From Tubulanus polymorphus (lineage: Eukaryota > Animalia > Nemertea): a DNA stretch of 64,000 nt. The position numbers and the translations under genes are program-made. Each line of letters begins with the position of its first letter. Positions within the stretch are counted from its first letter, which is position 1. The notes below the pieces were generated by a model. The model saw only the letters and a program-made list of their open reading frames with translations, was not told the DNA's origin and ran no database searches. Where the stretch lies: positions 3,100,001 through 3,164,000 of the forward strand of contig NC_134025.1 of assembly GCF_964204645.1 (NCBI RefSeq). The letters are read 5' to 3'. This document shows, one piece after another, positions 35,592 through 48,075 of the stretch.

Positions 35592-37798
35592 ATGCGTCAA
35601 GGTAGGGAAATTATTTGTCGTGCGTCTTCTATTTCATTTTGATGCTTTCGAAAATGTACTATCTAAATTACACTTTAAAAGAACGATTTTCGATTATTTA
35701 TCGTGAAAAGTGATAAATTTCTTTTTTTCCCTGGATTTTGTATTGGATAAAGTATCTAGTTTTTCGTCAGATATATCGTACGTAAAAAATAAGTAGATCT
35801 TTTTGACAATTTAGATGATGACTCCACACTGGTAAACAGAGAACAGGGAAATGATATATATTACAAGAATATTATTAAAACGCTTATAAATGTGTTTCTT
35901 TTATGAGTTAATGAGATATTTCATCATGATGTTATCGCGCATGTATCATTAGTGAGGTCTCTATATAGAATAACCAATTTAAATATCATTTCCTTTCCAA
36001 GTGAATGACACAAAATCGTGATCATGATCTATCATAATTAAGAACAATTTCGTAATAAACGTTATTCTTAATTTACATGCGCGTGATGATGTGAAGTAGA
36101 AATGCACTTTTCGATACGTGCATTATGAAGCGCAATAGATGTAATACAATTAGACGAATTTAAAGCACATGCATCGATATTTCAGTGCCGAGATTAAAAC
36201 AAGATACAAATGAACTTAATATTAATTCATGATCAAATGAAATCTATAGATATACATGTATATAGCCGTGTTGGTAGATGAGGGCACTAACCGAAAAGAG
36301 TTCGTTTAAGTAATTTTTGTCGCGTGTAAAGGATCCAGGCCAGTGTCGGACCATAATCTGAACTGTTGAAATTTGTATTGTAGACGCTAGAGAAGTGACT
36401 ACAGCGTTAACCAGTTTATTGGTAACGTTGATTAGTTTACTGCATTTGTCATCATCATTTCACATTATTGGATTCAACGGGGACTCGAAACTATCCTGGT
36501 ATCCCCATCATCCTCACAAGAAAAGCGTCCCGAATCCATCTAAGCTGCTGTGGTCTCGTTATCAAAAGAAGAGTGTATCTAACCACGCGTTGAGACATAC
36601 GTTTAGAGACCTGACCACTGACGCTACCGAATTGATCATTAGAGCTAAATCCACGTTCAAATTCTACGTACGTAATATCCGATAAATGTAAAATGAGCCA
36701 ACAGAACCGTCTAACGAGAAACGACGTTCAAATATTCTGTGATCATATTTCAGTGCCAACATACGAATATACCAATTGGATTTCCGAACTGCTCGGTATT
36801 CGCGTCAGAAATGGCTCCAATGTTTGGTCTTCCTCTAGTTCGCGCTATTCGTATCCCAAAAACTGATAAAATGAAAACCGTTGAGGTAAGATTTTCATGT
36901 TTGTATTCTCGACGTACTCAATTTGATGATATGAATTCCGGGTCGACTGACAATCCGTACCCTCGATTTTTAATACAGACTTAACCCCATCTGATCATTA
37001 ACGTCATCATGAAAACTCAAACAAACCAAAAATGTATGAAGTTCTTTGTAATATGTAGTTGATTTTCTGACCTTTCGTATAACGTTGAATATTGACCTTA
37101 TCTACGCTTGAGACTAATCTTGGTCAAAGAAGGGATTAGCTTTCTTTAACGGTGATAAGTAATTATGTCCTGCATCTTTTGTGATGAACTCTAGTACACT
37201 GTTTTGGGTTTGGCTCTGCAAGATAATCCTGATTAGCTACAAATGTTCACATAAAAACAACGATATTTTATTCATTTTGTTTCGACGTCAATTGAGTATT
37301 AATAAAGAAGTGTTTTGTTTTGGTCTTATAGGTCGTTCTAATCGAGGCTTTCGAGAGTATTATGAAATATGAATTAGTTTTAGCCGACATTAGTACGCTG
37401 GAACGTATCTATGTTTGTGACCTGTTATCGGGTCCTTGCCCTCGTGATTGCAACTTCAATGAAATGGATCATCCGTTCTGGTGTAAACTAAACAAAGTTG
37501 TTCGAAGGGTGAAATCACTGCTGAAAGCTATACTCATTGTGGTTAGTGATTCTTTTATTCTTCTGTACATACCCTTGAATTAGGGACGTAAAAATCTCAA
37601 ATATATACATGTTGAGTACATGCATTCTCTTTGTAGATGGATGCTTTGAACATCAAGCCTCCGAAACAAGATAAAGATATCTTAAATATCGAGTCAGAAT
37701 CAGAACGTTTTGCATTCACAATGTCGGCGCTTCATCGGCTGGTAAGACAATCAGAGAGAGTTCAAAAAACGTTTACTGACATGCAGAGAGAATTGTAA
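35592..37798 (+). CDS. Secreted 265-aa protein, candidate long-chain four-helix-bundle cytokine
   Basis: GT-AG exons 35592-35601, 36384-36667, 36754-36885, 37332-37541, 37637-37798 join into a 798-nt open frame. Signal peptide ALTSLLVTLISLLHLSSS, four amphipathic helices, TATA-like TATAAG at about 35540, AATAAA at about 37900. Confidence 0.7.
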
Positions 37799-37989
37799 CC
37801 ATATTCAAAAAACATTCCAGAAGTGTTCAAATTGGCTTATCTACTTAGGCCTAGTCGATGTAAGATTGCATTTGACAAACAGATAATGTTATTTTGTTAA
37901 ATAAATATATTAGCATTACCAGAAGAATTACATTTCTATCAGATGTTTCGGACCCAGTTTTTAGAACGACCGTAAGACGGCTATTCATT

Positions 37990-40329
37990 CTATACTGCGG
38001 TGGGGGGAAGAGTTGATTTTCTCATTAGATACCTTTGTGAAACGAGTTGTTTCAGTGTACACTCTCCACTGCAGGTATATTTCATCATATCCAACAGATT
38101 CTGATCGGGAACCGTTGGGAAGAGAGTTCGCAAACGAGAAGAAATGAAATCAACGTCTTCCTGTGGCCATTGCGTAAAACATTCATATTCCTCGTCTAAT
38201 TTTCGAAGTTTTTCATCGATTTCTTTCAACTGGTTCGAAGAATCGTCTTCTGACTCATTCATGCGATTATCATTCGACTCGCTTTTAAAGGTACGGCATA
38301 CAAAATACAACAGCAAAATTACCACTAAGCCTACTATACTAGCCAGCGGATAAAACCAATTATTTTTCAACCATCTACCGAAATCAGATGAATCTAAAAG
38401 ATCGTTGATGTCACGTATAAGTTTCTCGAGGAACTTCTCATCTTGTTGGATACATTTAGCAAATTCGTCACAATAGCCCTTGTTGTCGGCGCACCCATCG
38501 CCGGGCATTTTGGTGAATACGTAATGGTGGATATCTTTGTACGGTTGACATTCTGATGTCTCATTTTTGCAACATAATGTACACATTAGTTCTTCGCTCT
38601 TACACGAACACTCCGACAATTTTCTATCCAAACAAACATTACTTTGACAGTGTCCAAATAAACAAGTTTTTCCACCACCGTAACATAATGTACCGTCATG
38701 AAACCAATCTGAATTCGGACAGTACGCGCTACTGCCGTTACACTTAGCCTCGAATGCGCATAGACTCCTTTGCCGGCAAATTCGGTCGGTGTCGCTTGAT
38801 ACTTGGCAATTATTTTCGCAACATGTCGTGCTAACAGGGCTGCAGGTTCTATTGAGGGATCGTTGGAAGGTACAACCCGGATCTATACCATTCCCACCCG
38901 GTGGAGTACAGCATTTATCAACTAATTGACATGTATCCGGGATACCGCAATCACACTCTTCACCATCCTCCACGAAACCATTTCCGCAAACCGAGCCATA
39001 ATTTTCAATAAAACAATGTCCATTTTTTGCGATAACTTTGGCCATCTGCTGTCGACTGCATGGAGAAAACAGTTTGTTGTTTGGTTTCGAACCATCAGTC
39101 GTGTAAGCGTGCATGATAAAGTTTCCGTATTTCCCTCCAGGAGAACAGAGTCCATCTGAATTTGGATCGTGATTGCTTCCAAACGAGTGGCCGAATTCGT
39201 GTGTTAGTGCGATGGCAGTAACTGCGCGTAGGACGCGTTTTCCGTAATTGATAAATGATAGCACCGCAGTGTTAAAATTGTACAGTTTATTTTCACCTGT
39301 TAGATAAACACTATTTTGACAGATGCCACCGGCAGAGTACTGCCCCGTGTTACCTATCCACGCTAAACCGAGGACACCATTTTCGAAATCTCTGTACGTG
39401 AAAGCGATCGCGATACAGAAATGATTGTGATTATACTCAGAGAACAAGTCCAGATATTTGTTGATATCGATATTGCTATCAGCTGGTTTATAAACTGTAA
39501 CATTAGCAGATGTATGTATCGTTATCTTATTCACGATGAAACCGATTCTATCAGCGACTCCATCCTCGTCGAAGTCAGTATTTTGAAAAATGCTATTTGC
39601 TTCATTCACGTGAAATATCACTTCCCAAACCGCTAACAACGGGTCACGTGCCGCCACATAATCATAGAAATAATGATCAAGAACAACATGAATTCCGCAC
39701 AATTCTGATCTCTGATTAGTATTGGTTGTACCTGAGCGAACCAAGTGGGAAAAGTTTTGTCTATGAAGCTTTTGTTTTGTTTTTGGCAAAGGTTGTATCG
39801 GCCCACCATCACCAGACCTATAACTGCTTACAATATCACTATCACGAAAAATTATATAATTGGTTGACGAACTCTTATCAAAATATCTCCGTAACGGTTC
39901 GATATAGTACGTTTCATCCTCTGTGTACAAAACACCGTCGAATGTGTCATTTCTTATGATTCCATGTGCTTCGGATTTAAGATCACCGATTAGTTCTCCT
40001 TGAAAGATGCTACCGTCTTTTATGGAATAGGTCTCGCCGTTTATTTCGACCATCGGGAGTGAAGTGCTTGGGCGATTTAAAGCAATGCTGAATTTCTCAC
40101 CAAATGCAATGAACTGAACTAAACGAGACTTGTTTGATTCCGCGTGTCTCCTTGCTTTTGCAGTCTTAGATGATGATGATGTAACATAATCCAAGTCAAT
40201 GATGTCAACAGTAATATTTTCAAAATACTTGATCGTGAAATTGTTGTCTTTTCTTCTGACGCCGCGGCAAGCGACTGTTTCAGCGAATGAAATAGTAATG
40301 ATAGCAAAAATTTGAATAATGAAATCCAT
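37990..40329 (-). CDS. Intronless ADAM10/Kuzbanian-like metalloprotease
   Basis: Signal peptide, prodomain (FDGVLYTEDETYYIEP), CIAIAFTYRDFENGVLGLAW, zinc motif HEFGHSFGSNHD, Met-turn GNFIM, disintegrin CGNGFVEDGEECDCG, Cys-rich domain, TM helix. Single 779-aa ORF. Confidence 0.93.
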   Translation of the reverse strand: MDFIIQIFAIITISFAETVACRGVRRKDNNFTIKYFENITVDIIDLDYVTSSSSKTAKARRHAESNKSRLVQFIAFGEKFSIALNRPSTSLPMVEINGETYSIKDGSIFQGELIGDLKSEAHGIIRNDTFDGVLYTEDETYYIEPLRRYFDKSSSTNYIIFRDSDIVSSYRSGDGGPIQPLPKTKQKLHRQNFSHLVRSGTTNTNQRSELCGIHVVLDHYFYDYVAARDPLLAVWEVIFHVNEANSIFQNTDFDEDGVADRIGFIVNKITIHTSANVTVYKPADSNIDINKYLDLFSEYNHNHFCIAIAFTYRDFENGVLGLAWIGNTGQYSAGGICQNSVYLTGENKLYNFNTAVLSFINYGKRVLRAVTAIALTHEFGHSFGSNHDPNSDGLCSPGGKYGNFIMHAYTTDGSKPNNKLFSPCSRQQMAKVIAKNGHCFIENYGSVCGNGFVEDGEECDCGIPDTCQLVDKCCTPPGGNGIDPGCTFQRSLNRTCSPVSTTCCENNCQVSSDTDRICRQRSLCAFEAKCNGSSAYCPNSDWFHDGTLCYGGGKTCLFGHCQSNVCLDRKLSECSCKSEELMCTLCCKNETSECQPYKDIHHYVFTKMPGDGCADNKGYCDEFAKCIQQDEKFLEKLIRDINDLLDSSDFGRWLKNNWFYPLASIVGLVVILLLYFVCRTFKSESNDNRMNESEDDSSNQLKEIDEKLRKLDEEYECFTQWPQEDVDFISSRLRTLFPTVPDQNLLDMMKYTCSGECTLKQLVSQRYLMRKSTLPPTAV

Positions 40330-40384
40330 TTTTTTTCAAATTCAAATAATTTACAAAAAAAATATCCTATGCGTATTGTCAACT

Positions 40385-40398
40385 GTTTCTATGGTAAC
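40385..40398. promoter_or_regulatory. RFX X-box upstream of the ADAM gene
   Basis: GTTTCTATGGTAAC matches the X-box consensus and lies 56 bp upstream of the ATG. Confidence 0.55.
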
Positions 40399-40689
40399 AT
40401 AAGGTGGACGGATATCGGAAAGCGAAGAAAGAACCTATGAAAAATTATCTCATTACAGTACAATATCATGATAGTATTTATTCACATTGAATGATGTAAA
40501 TATATGAGAATTACAGAGCACGTAACAAACGCCTTTCAAAACAGCTTAAATACATCTCTCTTCACTTGATTGACACTTTTACAAGGGATGTTTCCATTGT
40601 AATCAGTGAGTTGATGAAACAATATTTTCATAAAATTAAATCTCACTCAAATTTCATTTCAGTGCACAAATTCGGAATGAACATCATAA

Positions 40690-41962
40690 CTAATTATCTC
40701 TGTATTGATTTGATAACACATCAGACTCAAAATGTATAAATTTCCAGTAAGTATGATTAGTAACGGTGTTTACATGGGAGAGTTTGTAGAGTTGACACAA
40801 ACAACTCAATTCGCGCACAATGTACGCCTCGCATTGTAAGTCTTCCGAGCAATAACTCGCGCACTGCATACCAATTCGACAATTCGTAAACTTTATAGAG
40901 TTAATAAGCGATCCAAGACCAGCATCAGTAACCTTCCCGTAGTTAATATCTGTCTTTAAATAGTCTGAAGCAAAAATAAATGCTGAAATCCATCAATTTC
41001 TTTGATTTTATATAGAAATTACGTAATTATGAATCGATTACGCACATGAAGGTGTGAAGTCCGATCCTAATTTCAATTTCTTTTCCTTAGTGAGAGTCAT
41101 TTGCAATTTCCCAACATTGTTGAACACATAGTTTACACCATCCACATCTACTTCCACCTGATATTCATACAGATATTCATACAGATATATACAAATATGT
41201 AAAATCTATAATCTAAAACATTGTAGAATGTTTTTACCTTTGTATAGTTGCTTCTATCTGGGTATTTTGTAATGAATTCGATATAAAGAAGACGTCCCGG
41301 GCGACAGTTAGGAATCGTTCTCGTAGTAATCCTAAAATATCAGATGTACGTATGTAAGAATTCGAATATGTCTTATGTTATCTCTTTTTATTCCAATAAT
41401 GACATGGGTATATTTTACGTATTATACGGCATTGTTGAAAATAGTTGATATTCTGGACAATCTTGAGTCGATCCTTTCACTACAGTATGAACAGGTCTAT
41501 TACTTCCATTGGGACCACAGTGCATAGTAACATTTACATCATCTAGATTATCAAAATTGTTGAAAGTTATTGGTTTGGCGGGATACAGTAGCTTATAAAA
41601 TCTATATCGACGTTTGGTGAATAAGTTCGCTATGATCGACAACATCCTATATTTAAAACTGTTTTAATAATAAAATGGTTGAGTTTGTTTTTTGATATAC
41701 TCCACATTATTCAACATCATTTTCCATTTCTAATACAAGCATCTTATCATGACTTATAACGATATTTCAAACTGATTATTTCATGAACCGACCCTTTGAA
41801 ATATTTTCAACTATGGTTACGTTTCATTCTTTTTCAAAAATATGGGTTGCTTATTCCTATAACAATAGAATAGCACGCAAATCATCGTATAAAATGTTAC
41901 TTACTTTTTCCGTGTTGAATGAGGGTCACAAAAATGCAAATCCGAAGAAATGTGTTGCCCAT
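40690..41962 (-). CDS. Secreted protein with C-terminal PAN/apple domain, copy A (possibly degenerate)
   Basis: Signal exon MGNTFLRICIFVTLIQ, middle exons, and a last exon with C-x5-CASYC-x4-CEAY...CLCQLY (PAN). The exon-2 donor looks mutated relative to copy C. Confidence 0.6.
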
Positions 41963-42470
41963 TGTTGATTCTATAAGCGAGTATCGAAAAGTGAGATCTA
42001 AATTTCTATATGGCATGTATCCCAACAGCTAAATTTTCAGTCAAACTTGGAACTAAGGGATGAACTGTACGTGACGACCTTCACGCCACTCATCCCCAGT
42101 TTTTATCGGTTTTTCTATAAAACTCCTCAAACACAGTGAATAATTGATAGCACGAAAAATCAATTTTTGTAACCCAAAAATGGACCTCAGTATTTCATTT
42201 TACAAACAAAATGAACGAAGCCAATTGAACGATTTCAAAACGATTCGTTATAGAGTCCATTGTCGGTATAATCATCTTTCTGGCACAAATGACTCAATGA
42301 AACATCACGTAATTTCATCTGATACGACATATACCCCCCCCCCCAAATCAAGCGATAAAACAACAGAAAATGAATAGAATTTAGAGCGAAGCCCTAATGT
42401 GATACTCCTCGCTTTCAATCTTATATTCCATTAAGGTCGTATTTATATTTCGCTGACTGGAGTTTAAGGA

Positions 42471-42671
42471 TTACTTGGTCGTTTGATTCCACGTGTCTCC
42501 TTCATAAACAGTCTTGTTGTGACAGAATCCAAGTAACTGATTCGTATCTACGGTATTTATTTCAAAATACTTGATTAAGAAATTATTGTATTTTCTTCTG
42601 ACGCCGCGGCAAGCAACTGTTTCAGCGAACGAAATAGTGATGATGGTAAAAATTTGGATAATTAAATTCAT
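42471..42671 (-). pseudogene. Truncated 5' remnant of the ADAM10-like gene
   Basis: MNLIIQIFTIITISFAETVACRGVRRK closely matches the start of 37990-40329, then frameshifts and ends. Its promoter copy retains GTTTCTATGGTGAC. Confidence 0.85.
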
Positions 42672-43009
42672 TTATTCAAATTCAAATATTTTGCGAAAAA
42701 TTATTCTATGCATCAACTGTTTCTATGGTGACATAAGGTTACGGATATCGAAAACATGAAGAAAAAACTTATCTCATAACAGTACAATATTATATTATGA
42801 TAGTATGTATGTGTATGTACAGAATGCCTAAACTTAATCGGCCCAGGAAAACAACGATGAGCCTTTTAAAACAGCTTGAAGATATTCCTATTCACATGAT
42901 TAACACTTTTGCAGGGGAGTGCCTCCTTAACCTTTAACAGTTGGCGAACAATTATTTTTCAATCAAGAAATTCATTATTGAGTCGTAGATTTAGAATGAA
43001 AATTTACTA

Positions 43010-44666
43010 CTAATCTTCTCTGTATTGATTTGATAACACGTCAGATTGGAAATGGATGAATTTCAAGTAAGTATGATTAGTAACGGTGTTTACATGGGAG
43101 AGTTTATAGAGTTGACATAAACAACTCAATTCACGCACAATGTACGCCTCGCATTGTAAGTCTGCCGAGCAATAACTCGCGCATTGTACATCAATGCGAC
43201 AATTCATCATCTTTATAGAGTTAATAAGCGATCCAAGAGCAGCATCAGTGACCTTCTCGTAGTTTATATCAGTCTTTAGATAATCTGAAGAAAAATGAAT
43301 GATGGATTTCATCAAATTTGTTATTAGGCCTACATAGAAATTACGCAATCATGAATCGATTACGCACATGAAGGTCTGAAGTCCGATCCTAATCTCAGTT
43401 TCTTTTCCACAGTGAGACTCAAAAGCAATTTCCCAACATTGTTGAACACATACTTTACACCATCCACATCTACTTCCACCTGATATTCATACAGATATTC
43501 ATACAAATATATACAAATATGTAAAATCTACCCTGTAATCTATAACATCATTGAATAATGTTTTTAGTAATTACCTTTGTATAGTTGGTTCTATCTTGGA
43601 TTTTTGTGATAAATTCAATATAACGAAGACGCCCCGGGTGACATTTGGTTAGCGTCCTCGTAGTGACCCTAAATTTCAATTAAATATAAGAATTTCAAGA
43701 TATTAGATTTCTTCACTTTTTATAATTCCAATTTATGAATGTGTATATATTTTACGTGTTACGCGGCATCGATGAAAAGAGTTTGAACTCTGGACAATCT
43801 TGGGTCGATCCTTTCACTACAGAATAAACAGGACTACTGCTTCCATCAACGCTACCAGGACCACAGTACATAGTAACCCTTACATCATCTGTATCATTGA
43901 AATTGATGAAATAAATTACGATTCACTCGACTTGCCGATACAGCACAAGTCGAGGAAACAATATGACATTTAATCGATACTACCAAGTCATTGGAATTTA
44001 TAATAACATACTCAGATCATTCAACTCTATTTTCCATTTCTAATACATGCATCGCTTATTAAAACAAGTTTAAAAACTGTATAACGATATTTCTAACTGA
44101 TTTTGGTCGGGAATTTCAAGACTCTAATCTGTCCTGCAACCGACGTCTTGAAATATTTCTTCAAAAGTATGAGTTAAAAAATTCTGATTTGTTACTGATT
44201 ATCAAATGATGACCAACCCAAAATCTTAAACCTCGATGAATAACCAGCAAAATCCAAATCACTGGTAAACTGCCTGTATTGATCTCAGTATTTCAAATTA
44301 AGGAACGTGACCCCACAGGGTTCATCAGAGAAACCTGATGACGAAGTTTATTCAAAACTTCGAAACTATCAGAAAATAAATTGTTAAATCATCAACTTTG
44401 GATTTTGATCATTAGTATTGTACATCGAAGCTTTTGTGTAATCATATACAGTGGACTGTTAATAAAATCGAAGTGAGATGTTTCAAATATTGCACAAAAT
44501 TCAATCTATTTCTCTATACAATATCATGATATACATTAGAATCAGTATTTGTTGTTTTATTTCTTGTGACATTAAGATAGTATGCACATCGTATAAAATG
44601 TAACTTACTTGTTCCGCGTTGTATTAGGGTCACAAAAACGCAAATCCGAAGAAATATTTTGCCCAT
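43010..44666 (-). CDS. Secreted PAN/apple-domain protein, copy B
   Basis: Paralogous exons to copies A and C, with a longer first intron and a GC donor at exon 2. PAN exon 43010-43290. Confidence 0.6.
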
Positions 44667-45884
44667 TTTCAATTCTGTAGAAAATTGTTTCTACCGTAGA
44701 CGCATAAACAGCTGCCTGACTAAAAACTCTAGTTTGCGTCGAGGTTTCTACGTAGAGAATTTCGATATACGTATCAGTGATTGGTCGTCTTCGCGCAACT
44801 GTAGACTATATGACGCCCGGCCTTTGACACCACTATCTTCCGTTCCTCGCATATTCATATCGGTTTTCGTATAAAACTCCACCATCCCAGAGAACAAAAT
44901 AAAATCGAAAAAAACTTCATAAATTTTTTATTCTTTATTCTGTGACAGAACGATTTGACATACTCAATGCGGGCAGCTCAGTATTTCATTTTCCAAATCT
45001 GGAAAAAAAGAAGAACATTGTCGGCTTTCAATGTTTTCATTTTACTGCAGAAATCTACATACTATAATACAGTAAAGCTACGACCAGATATCTACCCCTG
45101 GCAGGCTAGGATACCTAAAGTTAAGATCACTTACCGCGATCCAGATGCTTGTATATATTCATTTAAAGCCGTGATGTAATTTTGCAATTCATTTTCATTG
45201 GTTAACGCAGGAATTTCTTCCGGAGCTCCGTGTTTCATAAACCACCAATAAAATTCATCCACGGTTCGAACCCTGAAAAAACACCTCCTCTGTATTTTTT
45301 TAAATGTAACCTTGTTAAGAATTGGTTAAATGTTACACATTGAAAATGTTGATCTGAACCAGAAATTCTTCTCTTACCCACGTTTGTGAAGTGTTGCGCC
45401 GTGTTTGCTTTCTGTAAATTCATAGATATTTCATAGTTTATGAAGATAAACAAATACATTGGATGAATGAGAATTATCTATCGTGTATTTTGTTAATGCC
45501 GCTGTACATAGATTTATAGTTAAAACGACTGTGACGTCATGAAATTCTTACCGGTTACAGTTAAACATAAGTAAAAACATAGAATCCAGTATAAGATCAT
45601 CACTAACCAGGGCTTCATTCTGTTACTCGGTGAAGCTTTCCCTTTAAAGTAGCATTCGCATACAATTAAAAATGAATGAAATGAAATTAAGTATAAGAGA
45701 ATTAGTTTGTGTAATACCTACAGTTCCCACTGTAATGACAGCACTCTTACATTCAAACTATTATCTAAATCTGATCATTTTATCTGATAAACCTTTTAAA
45801 GTAAAAGGGTTTATAATGATAAAACGGACGACATTGAACCATCTGTGCTTCTAAATTCCTGGATTGATTTTAACCACTAGCAAA

Positions 45885-46085
45885 AGATATCTCCTTGCTT
45901 TATTAGCAGTCCTAGTTGATGCTGTCCAAGAATCCAAGTCAATGGTATAACAGTTATATATTTTCAAAATACTTGATAGCGAAATTTTTGCCTTTTCTTC
46001 TGACGCCGCGACAAGTAACTGTTCCAGCGAATGAGTGAAGATGACAAACATTTGGATAATGAAATTATTTTTTTTTCAAATTCAA
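45885..46085 (-). pseudogene. Second, more decayed 5' remnant of the ADAM10-like gene
   Basis: Nucleotide similarity to 40150-40345 (ttttcttctgacgccgcg, ttcaaattcaaa); start codon lost and frameshifts present. Confidence 0.75.
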
Positions 46086-46985
46086 ATGTTTTGCCGAATA
46101 TTATTCTAGTATGCGTAATATTGACTTCATTGGGTAGTTCTTGGCCCAACATCATGGAATTGCGGACATACTTCAATGCAAACTGGGGCAGGGCTTCGAA
46201 GCAATCGGGACCTGGGTTCGAAGCAATATCAGGGGCAAGTACAACGCGTCCTTAGGCATGAGTCCTCGACGAAGCGGCGTTATGAATTTATCCATGTCGG
46301 TCTCCTCGACGTTCAGCAAGAGTTGTTGATCCAGATACGTGAGGATTTTTATCTTTTCTTTGTGCGTTTCCAAGGCTGGAAACAACCGATCGCGATCAAG
46401 CTCCGAAATAATGTCGTCCTTATATTTTAGATGCAGTTTTCGTTGAAATTTCCCTATTAGTCGCACGATTTTGCATAGTTCGTTTGTTCCGAGCTGCCAT
46501 CCTGTTCAATTCACGGCACCAAAAATGTGGTTAGAGATTCCACTAGAAACAAGATCGAGGGCAACTGAGAATTATGCAGTATGAATAACTTTATTGAAGT
46601 GCCAAGTGGCAGGAAAGGGCTGCATGCAGTGAATATCATCGAGACGTACCTGACAAGCTTATCGTACGTAACTGTGGTAGAGGAGTTGACGAGATTAGTG
46701 TTGAGTTCATTTACAGCATTGAAAGTGGTTACGGTTAAGAAATAGTGTTTCATCCAGTTAAAAATTCGAACATAAACTGAGTTGAACAATTAGGTACAAT
46801 ATCAACATTTACATGAAATCATCTTCTTCTATGAGAGCGTTCCCACTCCGAAAATATATAAATATCTATATCAATGAATATAAGTTTTATAAGTTTTCGG
46901 GCGTTTTGGCAAACCAACATTCTTTCAATTTAGAGTTCGATTTTAGTCACAAATTCAGAATGAACATCTACTGCTAATTATATCT

Positions 46986-48075
46986 CTATTCATTTGATAA
47001 CACATCAGACTTAAAATGGATGAATTTCCAGTAAGTATGATTAGTAACGGTGTTTACATGGGAGAGTTTATAGAGTTGACATAAACAACTCAATTCGCGT
47101 ACAATGTACGCCTCGCATTGTAAGTCTGCCGAGCAATAACTCGCGCATTGAATATCATTGCGACAATTCATCATCTTTATAGAGTTAATAAGCGATCCAA
47201 GACCAGCATCAGTGACCTTCTCGTAGTTAATATCAGTCTTTAGATAATCTGAAGAAAAATAGATGCTGAAATCCATCAAATAATTTTTTACACAGAAATT
47301 ACATAATTTCTAATGAATCGATTACGCACATGAAGGTTTTAGGTCCGATCCTAATCTCAATTTCTTTTCCACAGTGAGACTCATTAGCAATTTCCCAACA
47401 TTGTTGAACACATAGTTTACACCATCCACATCTACTTCCACCTGATATTCATACAGATATATGAAATACGTAATCAGATATACAAATATGTAAAATCTAT
47501 AATCTTTAACATGGTAGAATGTTTTTACCTTTGTATATTTGGTTGTATCTTGGTATTTTACAATGAATTCGATATAATGAAGACGTCCCGGGCGACAGTT
47601 AGAAATCGTCTTCGTAGTAACCCTAAAATGTATATCAAATGTATGTAAGAATTTCAACACATCATATTCATCTCTTTTTATTCCAATAATGAAATGCGTA
47701 TATTTTACTTTTTACGCGGCATTGATAAGAAGAGATTGAATTCTGGGCAATCTTGAGTCGATCCTTTCACTACAGTGTACACAGGGTTACTACTTCGATC
47801 ACCTTTACGAGGGCGACAGTGCACAGTAACCTTTACATCATCTGTATCATTGAAATTGATGAAAATGATAGAGTTAATCGACTTACGGATACAGCACAAG
47901 TCGAGGAAACAATACAACCCTATTTCTCGATGCAATATCATGATATAAAACCAGTATTTTCTATCTTATTTCTTGTGACATTAAGATAGTATGCACATCG
48001 TATAAAATGATACTTACTTGTTCCGAGTTGTATTAGGGTCACAAAAATGCAAATCCGAAGAAATATGTTGTCCAT
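46986..48075 (-). CDS. Secreted PAN/apple-domain protein, copy C (apparently intact)
   Basis: MDNIFLRICIFVTLIQLGT | RLYCFLDLCCI | DVKVTVHC...QDCPEFNLF | ...CRPGRLHYIEFIVKY | VEVDVDGVNYVF | PAN exon; canonical GT-AG junctions. Confidence 0.68.
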
